From Octopus sinensis (lineage: Eukaryota): a stretch of 64,000 nt of DNA. Positions 10,080 to 21,699 of the stretch are shown here, in pieces; the stretch's first letter is position 1, and the number at the start of each line of letters is the position of its first letter. Under the pieces are notes generated by a model. It was not told the origin of the DNA and did no database searches. It saw nothing but the letters and a program-made list of their open reading frames with translations. The position numbers and the translations under genes were made by a program. The DNA is taken from NCBI RefSeq assembly GCF_006345805.1, contig NC_043010.1, positions 67,208,001 through 67,272,000 on the forward strand, in the 5' to 3' direction.

Positions 10080-13000
10080 TCATAGGGGTTCCCAAAGGAA
10101 CCCCAACCAGATACGAAAGTTGGACCACCTATGCTCTAACAGCACTGGGAGGGTAAGTAAACCCAGTCTTTTCTTTTCTCTCAACTCTTTCCAGACAATG
10201 TGGTAATTAGAGTACGCTATATAAATGCACATGGTCTGGGGTCATTCTGAAAGCAAGGTCACTTGCTCAATGACCTCAGGTCACTAGCGATAGATGCAAC
10301 AGCTGTCAGTGAGACCAGGATTTCAAACATCTGCACAGTAGCCCCCGTTTTTGATGACTTTGTGATCTTTGCATCTCTTAGTCAACCTGAAACAGGAGGC
10401 AGGGCGGCAGCACTGTTTAGGAAATGCCTGGATCTCAAGGCACAGATGATCTTTCTAGATCCAGATGGTAAGTCAGAGGTTGTGAATGAGCAATAGTGAA
10501 GGTGGTACTTTTAAACTAGTCATAATGTATGCCCCAACTGAGGTAAGGCAGCCAGATTTTTTTATGTTTGGCAGTTTTTCTTGGGACATCTAGCTCTTTA
10601 GTGCTATGGGATGAATGGAATGCTATCTTGGATGCACACTTGGATTGTGTGGGGCTAACTGATAGAAGAGCCTCACAAACCTAAGTCACTTTGAACTGGC
10701 TAACAGATATCAACTGGATTTCCTGAATGCACCAATGTGAACATGGGCAAATAGCATTGGATCATCCAGATCATATCTTGGTAGAGTATTCTGTAGGCCA
10801 GTAGAGGAAACAGCATAGGTTGTCAACAATTTAAAGTTGTCAGCTACACAAACCACAAACTTATGATCTGTATAGTTGAACCACATAGGCTCTATAGGCA
10901 GGGCCCCAGATACTGGAAGCTGAATGCATCGTTCCTGATGCATCAAGTTTTCAGAAACCAATTTAGCAAGTTAGTCCTTTGGAAGTTGACCAGCACAATT
11001 GTCAACAACTGATGGTAGACCCAAAAGAGGCTAGGCATTAGGGTTTAGTAAAGAAATAGTGATAGAGAAGTCTAGTATAGAGGGCAACGTAGTTAGGAAG
11101 CTAGAAGAGGTACTTAGGAAAGGCAACACAAACAATGTGCTGGAAGTAAGATTGGTTCTTGACCAAATCTTCAATGTCAAGAACAAAAGTCATGCTGTCA
11201 GAACTAGGGTACATATTCTAAAACATGAGGAAATGATAGCTGTTCAATGGGCCTGGCTAGTAGAGGTGCAACATGGCAACAAAACTACAATTCGGTCTTT
11301 CATGTGATAGGATGGGCACTTGCTACTCGAATCCAAGCAAATGTGTGCTGTATTTCAGTAGCACTTTGCTGAACTGTACAGGGCACACAGTGGGTCAGAG
11401 ATGAGGGTGGATTTTACCTCCCGCTTCAATGGCCTGCTGTGGCTTTCTGCTGGGGATGCAGAGTTCTGTGAAATGCTGATAACAGCTTAAGATGTATGTG
11501 ATGTGAGGACTAGCTGCACAAGGGAGAAATCTCCGAGGTTGGATGGTTTACTCTCCAAGCTTTATCTTCCTACACCAGATTCATTCAGTGATCTCTTGGC
11601 AGATGTCTACTGCAACTGGCAGCTGACTGAAAGTATTCTCAGTCTTGTGAGCCAAGGTGTGGTAGTGCTGCTGAGAAACGACCCCAAAAATGGGTAACTA
11701 TTACAAGGATTTGACCCGGATGATAACCGAGAGGCTAGCACTTGTCGTGAATAGACTGGTCGGTGATGCACTATCCCAAACAGATCTATCTACGACCACC
11801 TCCACTCCACACAGTACATCATAAAGAGGGTAAGAAACCCAGCATGGGTGGAGGCCTGATCAACATGGATCAATCAAAAGCTTTTAACAGAGTTGACCAT
11901 CAATACTTGGCAGTGGGCTTCAGTCACATTTTCAGAGGTTGAACTACAGCAGTGCACAGTGACATCTGCTCAGTAGTCAAAGCAAATGGCCACATATCAG
12001 AATCATTTAACATCACATTCTGTCAGTCAAGGATGCCCTCTCTTTCCCCTTCTGGATGTGCTGGCTCTCAAGCCATTACTACAGAAGCTGGATGTTTCGA
12101 GGGGCATCTCATGTGAACTAGGATGCAAAAGTTTTGTGTCAGATTATGCAGAGAACATCACTATAATAATGTCAGACATCAAAGTGATCGGTACTACCCT
12201 GAAAGAGTACAAAGTAGTGGCAGGAGCAAAGACTAACCAAAAGTCAGTAGACCTGCAGCTCAACACCTGGAAAGGCAGGCCCATGTCACCCAACAGCATC
12301 ATAGGGCACTGGATGGAAGGACCAGTTAAATTGCTTGGGGCCTGGTTAGATCCAGGCCTCCAGGTAGACAAGAACTGGGGGAGGGTGAAGAGAAGGGTGG
12401 CCAGTCACACCCAGAAATGGGGTGAGAGGAAGCAGTCTCTGAAAGGTTGAGCAGAGGTAACAAATGCATGCACCACCTCCTTCATTTACTACTATCTAAC
12501 GATCGTCCTTTGCCCTGCTTTATTGCTGGTCAAGCTGGAGCACTTACTCTTCAGTTTCTCTAGAAAGAATGGTCCATTTGCTGTCAGCAACCACTAAGTG
12601 TAGGACTGGGGATGCTGTAGCTAATGATGCACAGACATTGGCTGGTCTTTTCCAGAGGACTTTAGTGCTGGGGCCCATGGATAATTACTAAAAATCCCTG
12701 GCCTGGTTTGTGCTACTGGGGATTTTGCCAGTTTGAGGCAAGCTCTACAGGCATGGAAGTGCTGTCTGAGATGCATACAGAGCAATGAAACTGTTCTGCA
12801 TGCACTTCATCCAATCTCAAGAGATAGCCAACTTGTAGAGCTTTATCAAACAGCTGTTGTCATATGGAGGGCAGATCTGATTATTAGCCGAGTCCATCAA
12901 GAGGATAGCCCCATTGCCTTCTTTTGGCCAGAAAGGGCACACAGTTTTTCTGTCTGGTGGCTAAGACAAAAGAGATAGTGTGGCAGACAAGGTCGAAAGG

Positions 13001-13670
13001 ACTGAAGACAGACACTTTCCTCTTTAGTCAAGCCCTCATTGACTTTTTCAAGTTCTTCTTGAAAAGGAAAGTCAGGATGGAGAGGGAAGTGCTGCCCCCT
13101 GCCTCAGTAATTTTTGTTGAAAAGTAAGTGAATGTGGTGAGGATGGCCTGTGTGAACGAGCCTACTCTGAGCATGCAACTGTAGGCTGGAGGGAGTAGAA
13201 AGGAGAAGGGTGCCTGCTTGAGGTGCCCTTGGAGATTGGAGTGTCCAGAATATGTTAGGTACCTAGGTGACCCAGGGTGGAGCTACCCTCCTTTTGAAGA
13301 ATTTTATTAATATGCTTATATTGTTAATAATTTTTGTTGTTGTTGTTTAGACATGCTACCTGTAAATCCTTAGTCTCTTACATTCTATTGACCTTTTGTT
13401 TTTGCATGAAGCCCTTGAGGCCAATAAGGAAGGAATCATCATCATTATTATTATCATTATTATTATTTTTCTTGCTGGCCTTGTGACAAAAACAAAAAAT
13501 TCTTATTATTTCTTTATATTTTTAAACAAGTTCTTAAAATATAATTTTAAAAAATTATTTACGAAAAATAAAATAAAATGAGATGTGATGACCATTATTT
13601 CCTATGCCTTTCCACTTTGCCTTAATAAAATAAAATAAAAACAAAACAAAACAAAACAAAACAAAACAAA
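10080..13670 (+). mobile_element. Decayed Tx1/L1-clade non-LTR retrotransposon (ORF2: APE endonuclease + RT), 5'-truncated
   Basis: Broken frames give INAHGL, AVSETRI, YTNHKL and GPRYWKLNASFL (endonuclease), and KSPRLDGL, MDQSKAFNRVDHQYL, SQGCPLFPLL, DYAENI and KLLGAWL (RT). Ends in an aataaaataaaa(caaaa)n tail. Confidence 0.9.
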
Positions 13671-13699
13671 AAAGAAGCTCATACACCAAAGATAATTAT

Positions 13700-15356
13700 C
13701 TATTTGTAATTAGATACAATACCAGATTGGTACGAAGGAAAGGAGTGCAGAAAAACAGGATTAAGTCATGATCAATATTGAATTCTTATTAAGTTAATTA
13801 TTAATATTATCATCATCATCATCTAAAAAATATCATAATTATTATTATCCTCATCATTATTAAAACCAAAAAAAACAAACATTATTTAATCTAAATACAA
13901 ATATATATATATCTTGAATAATGTTTGTTTATATATATATATATATATACAATATATATATATATACATACACATATATATATACATATATATAGAGAGA
14001 TCAGTTATTAAAAACTAAGAGAATTATTATCAAAAATAAAAAAATTTATTTTTAAAAAAAATCAAAAAAAATCATTACATTATTATTATAATCGTTAAAA
14101 ATAATGTTAAAAAAAAAAATACAAAATGGAGTGCAGAGTGGGCAAGGAGAATAAATCTCCCAACTCTATCTGACTCCAAAAATCTATAGTGGGGGCGAGG
14201 GGACACTAAACTTAACTACGTCATATGTCACATCCGAAGCCCTTCCATCATCCTACTATCTTAACTGATTGATCATGAAGACAAACCAAATTTGCCAGTG
14301 CTGATGGAGTAGCTGTGTGGCTGAATGGTATGTGTGTGTATAACGTAGTAAATAGAATTGTGAAGGGGATATGGAGTGAAGCAGTGTAGCATGACAGTGA
14401 AAAGTAAGGGTGGTGGGTAGGGTCTGCTTGAAACAGGTGTCGAGAAGTTGTTGATAATGGTGGTGATGATGGCGATATTACTGTTACTGTCTTGTTGTTG
14501 TTGTTGTTGCCATCATCAATGCAAGGAAAGGTTACTCTGCACAACTGGCTAATCGTTTATTGTTACTGATATATATATATATATATTCAGGTCAATCCTG
14601 CACCCGCCCACTTAACCCCAAATGAAACTTAACTACGCCATCATCAGCATCACCATCATCATCATCATCATCATCATTGGCGTCGGCGTCATCGTTTAAG
14701 GGAGACAGGAAGGTAGTGTACGGGGGAGGGAAGGGAGGGGTTTAAAATGTAGTCCATGTGTGTGTGTGTTGCTGTCGACGACGACGACAACAACAACAAC
14801 ATTAATTAAATCAGTGTTTACACTATTATAACAACTGGCATCAACATCATTGCAGAGTCAACTGTTGTTGTTGTTACTGTAGTCCTCTGAGGTGGGGGGA
14901 AGGGATGGAAGGGATTGCTTTCTTTCAAATGGCAGGGGGGACGGTGGGGGGGGGAGTATATATTTATTGATAACAATTAAACATAAAAGAATTTAAAGAA
15001 AAAAATTTCAAATTCATGTTTTTTTTTTCTCTTCGATTTTTTTTTTTTTTAGTTAATTTTTTCTTTTTTTTCCATTATTTTTTTTTTTTTTCTAACCTTC
15101 GGAATGTTTCATTAGAGGAAGAAAAAAAAAAGATGAAAAGAAAATACTGGAAACTGATGTTAGTGAGTGTGCACAGATGGTGTGATTGTGACATGTGTGT
15201 GTTTAAGCATTCAGGAATGTATGTGTGTGATTGTGTGTGTGTGTGTTGTGCTGTTATGTATGCGCTTGGGTATGATGTGATGTATGCAGATGTGGTGCAA
15301 TTTTAAATGCAGTGGAACTGGATATGCATCTATGCAAGCATATGTAAGTACACACA

Positions 15357-15395
<39 letters not shown>

Positions 15396-15722
15396 GTATG
15401 TATGTTGGAGTGTATGTATGTATGCATATATGAGAGTGAGTGAGCATGTGTGTGTATGTATGTATGTATGTATGTATGTATGTATGCGTGTGTAATTTGC
15501 CTCAGTTCGGATCACATTCAAAGTTTTATTCACAGTAGCATAGACTAGAACAAATTAATAAGTGTTTGTTGCTGATGTTATTGTCGATGTAGTTGAATGT
15601 GGAATATTTTGCTTTTGTTTTCTATATTTTTTTTTTTTTTAATTTTCATTTTATTTTTATGCTTTGTTTTGTTTCGTTTTTTTTGCTTTTTCTTCAATAT
15701 CTTCATCGCCTCCTCCACAGCT
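13700..15722 (-). other. Probable long 3'UTR of SNAP-25
   Basis: Directly downstream of the stop codon. No recognisable SINE or MITE for about 2 kb, unlike the rest of the window. AATAAA on the minus strand at 15525-15530 and at 14045-14050 (the latter followed by a U-rich stretch). The 3' end is not determinable. Confidence 0.5.
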
Positions 15723-16370
15723 TTACGCATCTTTGAGGAGTTTGGTTGCCCGCTTGTTAGCCTCGTCGATGCGAGTTTCGTTCGACTCGGCCTTCTGCTG
15801 GATTCGATCCACCTGCCTGTTTTGACCCCCAATCTCGTTGCCCATGTCAATGGCCATGTTCCTCAAATTTCCAATCATGCCACTGACCTCTTTGATGTTG
15901 GTCTCCATCTCCTCTTCCCTCGCATCACCGGTGATGCGAGTCACGTATCCAGAGCTCGGTCCACCCATGCCGTTTTGATCACCAACCACCATTCTTGGTC
16001 CGTTCGTGTTGGTAGGGCCGTCATCATCCTTTTTCCAGGTGTTTGCATAATCCCCACTCTTCTCAAACGACTTGCCCTTTTTCCAAGGCAGCACGCATAG
16101 ACCACAGCATTTCTCCATTCCTTCGAGATTTTTCTCAGCGTCTCGCATGTCCTGGTTGATCTGATCAAGACCTTCCTCTATACGATCCAACTGCTCTCCC
16201 TGTTCGTCGAGCATGACAAGGGTTCGAATACCAGCTTCTTTACTCTCTTCACACATCGTCAACATCCTCCGTGTTGACTCCAGCGAATCATCGGTAGTCT
16301 GATGAGATTTCTGCTGGATCTCCTCCAACTCAGTCTTCGGTGGTGGTGCCTCACCATTCATTTCAGCCAT
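15723..16370 (-). CDS. SNAP25: Synaptosomal-associated protein 25 (Qb+Qc SNARE), single coding exon, 215 aa
   Basis: [36 protein letters not shown] (Qb, zero-layer Q57); palmitoylation cluster CCGLC (C88, C89, C92); [41 protein letters not shown] (Qc, Q183). Start context CAAA-ATG; intact to TAA. Confidence 0.98.
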   Translation of the reverse strand: MAEMNGEAPPPKTELEEIQQKSHQTTDDSLESTRRMLTMCEESKEAGIRTLVMLDEQGEQLDRIEEGLDQINQDMRDAEKNLEGMEKCCGLCVLPWKKGKSFEKSGDYANTWKKDDDGPTNTNGPRMVVGDQNGMGGPSSGYVTRITGDAREEEMETNIKEVSGMIGNLRNMAIDMGNEIGGQNRQVDRIQQKAESNETRIDEANKRATKLLKDA

Positions 16371-16420
16371 TTTGGATGTTTGTTAATCTGCAAATAATAA
16401 AAAAGAAAGAGGTAAGTATA
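16371..16420 (-). other. 3' splice site and 17-nt 5'UTR portion of the SNAP-25 coding exon
   Basis: Minus strand: TACTTAC (branch A at about -26), ctctttcttttttattattt, gcag|attaacaaacatccaaaATG. Exon starts at 16387. Confidence 0.75.
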
Positions 16421-16713
16421 CATACATACATACAGAGAGAGGGAGAGAGAGAGAGAGAGAGGATGAGAGAGCGTGTGTGTGTGTGGTGTGTGTGTGTGTG
16501 TGTGTGTGCGTGCGTGCGCATGTGTGTGTGTGTGTGTGGTCCTTAATGTTAAAAAACATCAGAAACATTAATTGTGACTTCGAAGTTTTGCCAAAAGCAG
16601 CTTTTTTTAATAAACAAGAAAGAAGTATAGAAACAGAGAGCGAGAGAGAGAGAGAGAGATGAGAGAGAGAGTGTGTGTGTGTGTGTGTGAGTGTGTGTGC
16701 GCATGTGCGTGTA

Positions 16714-18179
16714 TTGGGTTGGTAAGAAAGGCGGCGAGCTAGCAGAAACATTAGCACACCGGGCGAAATGCTTAGCGGTATTTCCTCTGCCATTACGTTC
16801 TGAGTTCAAATTCCGCCAAGGTCGACTTTGCCTTTCATCCTTTCGGGGTCGATAAATTAAGTACCAGTAACACACTAGGGTCAATGTAATCAACTTAATC
16901 CCTTTGTCTGCCTTTGTTTGTCCCCTCTATGTTTAGCCCTTCGTGGGCAATAAAGAAATAAGAAAGTAATTTCGGTTTTTTAGTGTGAAATAAAAGTCAG
17001 TTTTTATCTTACAAAAATGAACTTTAATCAATTATATATTTTGCTCAATGATCTTTTGCCATCTTTCTGACGACTTCATGGTTCTGCACTCATAGAACTT
17101 CTGGTCCTTATCAGCCAAAAACTAAAGCAAGGGCAATTTCAGGTCATCATCCCTATTAAAAGTTTTACTATACAAAGAATTTTGCAAACTTCAAAATAAA
17201 TGATAATCTGATGGTGCAAGGTCAGGGCTATGTGGTGGATGTGGCATCACTTCCCAACCAAGCTCCAAAAATTTTTCACAAGTTAGCAAAGACATGTATA
17301 GTCTAGTGTTTTCATGGTGGAACATGATTCCTTTACGATTTGCCAATTCTGGCTGTTTTTCTTTGATTGTTTTCCTCAGTTTCATTAGTTGTTGGCAGTA
17401 AACATCTGAATTGATCATTTGGTTCCTTGGAAGCAGCTCAAAATAGACAACACTTTTGTAATCCCACCAAATTGACAGCATGACCTTTTTTTGATGCAAT
17501 TCAGCTTTCAATGCAGTTTGTGCTGGTTCGTTATGCTTGGACCATGATCGTTTTTGATTGATGTTATTGTAGACAATCCATTCCTCATAACAAGTGATGA
17601 TTCATTTCAAAAATGGTTGATTTCATTGTGTTTGAGATGCATATCGTAAATATTGATTTGTTGTGTTAAATGAATCACTATTAAGCTTCTTAATGAGTTC
17701 AAGGGATTTTAAGTGATTTTCAATTATTGTGTGGGATACATATAACCTCTCTGACAATCAGATTCAATTATGGCTTTGATTTGGTCATCATCAACTTCAG
17801 TAGGTCAACTAGAATGTTGGTCGTCTTTGAGTGAAAAATCTCCAGAATGGGGTTTTTAAAATCATTTCTGACGTGTGTGTTCTGATAAGCAATCAACACC
17901 ATAGGCCTCACACATCTCAATGTGAGCCTCAGCAGCTTTCTTGCCTTTATGGAAATAGAAAAGCAAAATATGGCGAAAATGTCTGTTTTTGCACTCCATG
18001 TTAAAATTGACACTGAACTAACAACTGTAAACAAATTTATGAGCAATTTGCTTCTAAAGTAAGCTAAAAGTAATGGCTATCAAATGCCAAAAGGAAAAAA
18101 AAATCATAACATTGACAAAAGTCATTCAAAAACGTCATAACTGTTTGTGAAAAATGAAATAATTTTCTTGCCAACCCAA
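16714..18179 (-). mobile_element. Mariner DNA transposon, full length, transposase disrupted
   Basis: TIRs TA|TTGGGTTGGTAAGAAAG and ttttcttgccaacccaa. N-terminus MECKNRHFRHILLFYFHKGKKAAEA from 17999. C-terminal KVMLSIWWDYK..FELL..HPPHSPDLAPSDYHLF (17191-17511). Stops and frameshifts lie between. Confidence 0.93.
16731..16959 (+). mobile_element. SINE A inserted into the mariner TIR
   Basis: Splits the TIR; aagaaag is present on both sides (16724-16730 and 16960-16966). Confidence 0.9.
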
Positions 18180-18324
18180 CATACACACATATATCATCAT
18201 CATCATCATTTAACATCCATTTTCCATGCTAGCATGGGTTGGACGGTTCGACCAGGGTCTGGGAAGCCAGGAGGCTGCACCAGGCACATATATGTGTGTG
18301 TGTGTGTGTTTATGTATGTACCTT

Positions 18325-18725
18325 TTTTTATTCATCTTTACTTGTTTCAGTCATTAGACTGTGGCCATGCTGGAGCTGTGCCTGGAAGAATTTTAGTTGA
18401 ATGACTCAAACCCAGTACTTATTTTCCTTTAAAGCCTGGTACTTATTCTATCGGTTTCTTTTGCCGAACTGCTAAGTTACAGGGGACGTAAACACACCAA
18501 CACCAGTTGTGAAGCAGTGGGTGGGGGGATAAGCAAAAAACACATGCACACACACACACACACACATACATATATATGGTGAACTGCTTTCTGTTTCTGT
18601 CAACCAAATCCACTCACAAGGCTTTGATCAACCCAAGGCTGTAGTAGAAGACTCTTGCCCAAGGTGTCCCACAGTGGGACTGAACTTGGAACAGTGTGGT
18701 TGGGAAGCAAGCTTCTTACCACACA
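18325..18725 (-). mobile_element. SINE B
   Basis: Same body as 3740-4143, more diverged. Confidence 0.8.
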
Positions 18726-18729
18726 GTCA

Positions 18730-19060
18730 AAAGATAGAGGAAGAGAACTAAGAAGATGGTCAAGACACAGCAAAGGCAAGGTGGGGGTGAGCCTGTCACT
18801 TAACCGAAGCAGAGAGAACAACAGGTGGGCTAAAATAACATAGAGAGGAACTGAGAGGATTCCATTAGCAGGACTTCATGAGAAGGGTTCAAAGGAGGAT
18901 CAGACACAAAAAGAAATGGGGAGATGATGTTGCATAAGAGATGAGGGTGATAAGAGAAGATACAACAATGGCTTGGACTAGAATTACAACCAACAGGAAG
19001 AGGTGGAAGAAGGACACATATAGAAGTGGACCGCTACATCCTAAGAGAAGGAAAAACACA
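18730..19060 (+). mobile_element. RTE-like LINE 3' fragment
   Basis: Broken frames NNRWAKIT, KKKWGDDVA and WTRITTNRKRWKK resemble the RTE ORF C-terminus. Confidence 0.45.
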
Positions 19061-19396
19061 TATGCGTGGGAAAATGTGTGTGTTGGTGTGTGCGTGTGTG
19101 TGTGTTGGCATGTGTGTGTGTGTATGTGTTGGTGCATTATATATTACACTTATATAATGCACCAGTGGCGAGCTGGCAGAAATGTTAGCATGCCAGGTGC
19201 AATGCTTAGCGGTATTTCGTCTGTCTTTAAGTTCTGAGTTCAAATTCCACCGAGGTTGACTTTGCATTTCATTCTTTCAGGGTCGATGAATTAAGTAGCA
19301 GTTGTGCACTAAGGTCGATCTAATTAACTGGCTCCCTCCCCCAAAATTTCAGGCTTTGTGTCTAGTGTAGAAAAGTATATATTACATATATATGTA

Positions 19397-19431
<35 letters not shown>

Positions 19432-20269
19432 GTACATGTGACTGTGTGTGTACATCATCATCATCATCTTTAATCTCTATTTTCTATTCTGGCATGGGTT
19501 GGACAGTTTCAGAAGATCCAGCAAGCCAAAGAGCTACAGTGAGTTCTACTGTCAGCTTTGGCATGGTTTCTGTGACTTGGAGCCTTTCCAAATGCCAACC
19601 AGATTACAGGGTGAACAGTGGGTGCTTTTTTTGTGCTACCAGCACACATATACATACATACACATACACACACACACATATATATATATACACACACAAA
19701 CACATATTTATACACACTCACATACATATATATCATCATCATCATCATCGTTTAACGTCCGCTTTCCATGCTAGCATGGGTTGGACGATTTGACTGAGGT
19801 CTGGCAAACCAGATGGCTGCACCAGACCCCAATCTGATCCGGCAGAGTTTCTACGGCTGGATGCCAATCACATATATCCCCAAATCTATAGAGTTGTAAA
19901 GTAAACTTGACATGTGTGTATGTATGTGTGTACTTGTGTCTCCTAGTCTTGATATTGCGTGCTGATTGTGAAGAGATATCACCAACAGCGTCGCTTGTTT
20001 GGAGTCTTCCATGAAAACATGTTCAGACTAGTGGTAAACATTACCTAGCTTGAAAGCAGATGAGGGTTATTGACAGGAAAAGCATCAGGCTGTAAAGAAT
20101 TTCTGCCTCAACGAATTCTATGCAGTCATGAAAATATAGTCATTAAAACGATGATGTATGTATGCAATGCATGTAGGTATGTATGTATGTATGTCAGTAT
20201 GTAATTGTATGTAATGTATATGTAATGTGTGGATGTAAGTATGTCTGTCACACACACATACATCATCAT

Positions 20270-20595
20270 CATCATCATGATCATCGTTAAACAACCGCTT
20301 TCCATGCTAGCATGAGTTGGACGATTTTGACTGAGGGCTGGCGAACCAGATGGCTGCACCAGGCTCAGTCTGGCAGAGTTTCTACAGCTGGATGCCCTTC
20401 CTAACACCAACCACTCTGAGAGTGAAGTGGGTGCTTTTTACGTGCCACTGGCACAGGGGCTAGTCAGGCGGTACTGGCAATGACCTCGCTCGAATCTTTT
20501 TACACATGCCACCGGCACAGGTGCCAGTAAGGCGACGTTGGTAACGATCACGCTCAAATGGTGCCCTTTTATGTGCCACCGGCATGGAAGCCAGT
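20270..20595 (-). mobile_element. Retroposon family C with 5' tandem units
   Basis: ctggatgcccttcctaacaccaaccact core followed by degenerate gtgccaccggcaca units. Confidence 0.8.
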
Positions 20596-20898
20596 AAATA
20601 CATCTATTCATATATATGGTGAGCTACCAAAATGCATTCACAAGGCATTGGTCAGCTCATGGCAATAGTAGAAGATAAAACATTTGCCTAAGATGCTGCA
20701 TGGTAGGGCTGAACCCAAAACCATTTGGTTGTAAAGCAAACTTCTTAACCACACAGCCATGCCCTAATTGTAAATGGATGATGGAAGCGAGCAGATATGC
20801 AGTTTCCGAAGAGAGAAGAATGCAAATGGAGTGTGGGCAAAATGTCAGTGAAGCACCATAAATATAAGAAAGAGAAGTAAAGGAGTAAAGAATCTCTT

Positions 20899-21533
20899 TG
20901 GTCCATGAATGACCATGGGGTTGCACTTAGAAAGTTCCCCTCTGAGACACAAGTCCAGGTAAAGTTGTTTATGGAAGGCCAGCAGTCACCCAGGCATACC
21001 GACCCTCCCTTCTCCATGCCATTATATGTACATGGGGTAAAGGGTAAGGCCCCCTTCGGTCATGAATGACTATGGGATTGCACCTAGAAAGTTCCCCTCT
21101 GAGACACAAGTCCAGGCAAGGTTGTTTATGGGAGACCAGCAGTCACCCATGCATACTGGCCCTCCCTTCTCCATGCCATTATATGTACATGGGGTAAAGG
21201 ATAAGGCCCCCTTCAGTCATGAATGACTATGAGATTGCTCCTAAAAAGTTCCCCTCTGAGACACAAGTCCAGGCAAGGTTGTTTATGGGAGACCAGCAGT
21301 CACCCATGCATACTGGCCCTCCCTTCTCCATGCCACCAGTGTTATCCAAGGGAAAGGCAAAGGGGCCGATTCAGCTTGGCACCAGTGATGTCGCAACTCA
21401 TTCCTACAGCTGAGTGAACTGGAGCAATGTGAAATGAAGCGTCTTGCTCAAAAACACAACACATAACCCGGTCCGAGAATTGGACTCACTACCTCATGAT
21501 TGCGAGACCAAGGCTCTAACTACTGAGTCATGC
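20899..21533 (-). mobile_element. SINE D whose 3' part is triplicated in 157-bp tandem units
   Basis: catgaatgac at 20904, 21061 and 21218. tRNA-like head at about 21450-21533. Confidence 0.85.
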
Positions 21534-21699
21534 AAAGTAAACAGAAGTAAATAAATGCTGGCCAGCATGTGTGAGTACTCCAGCATGGGCTTGAGATGTG
21601 GCACAACTGTTTTGATGCTAAACTTTTGGCATCACTGATTTGATAATCTCTCTCTCTCTCTGTTTATTTCTTTATCTCTATGAGAAGGAAAGTGCTTAT

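Noticed and set aside
10150-10195. Mini-intron (gg|gtaagt ... ctctttccag|) on the plus strand
   Set aside because: It falls at the LINE ORF1/ORF2 junction and is better explained as inter-ORF sequence.
15330-15337. miR-153 8-mer site CTATGCAA (miR-153 targets vertebrate SNAP-25)
   Set aside because: It lies on the plus strand, antisense to the mRNA, so it is not a target site.
15597-16100. 167-aa plus-strand ORF
   Set aside because: It is the antisense shadow of SNAP-25 plus its low-complexity UTR, with no recognisable domain.
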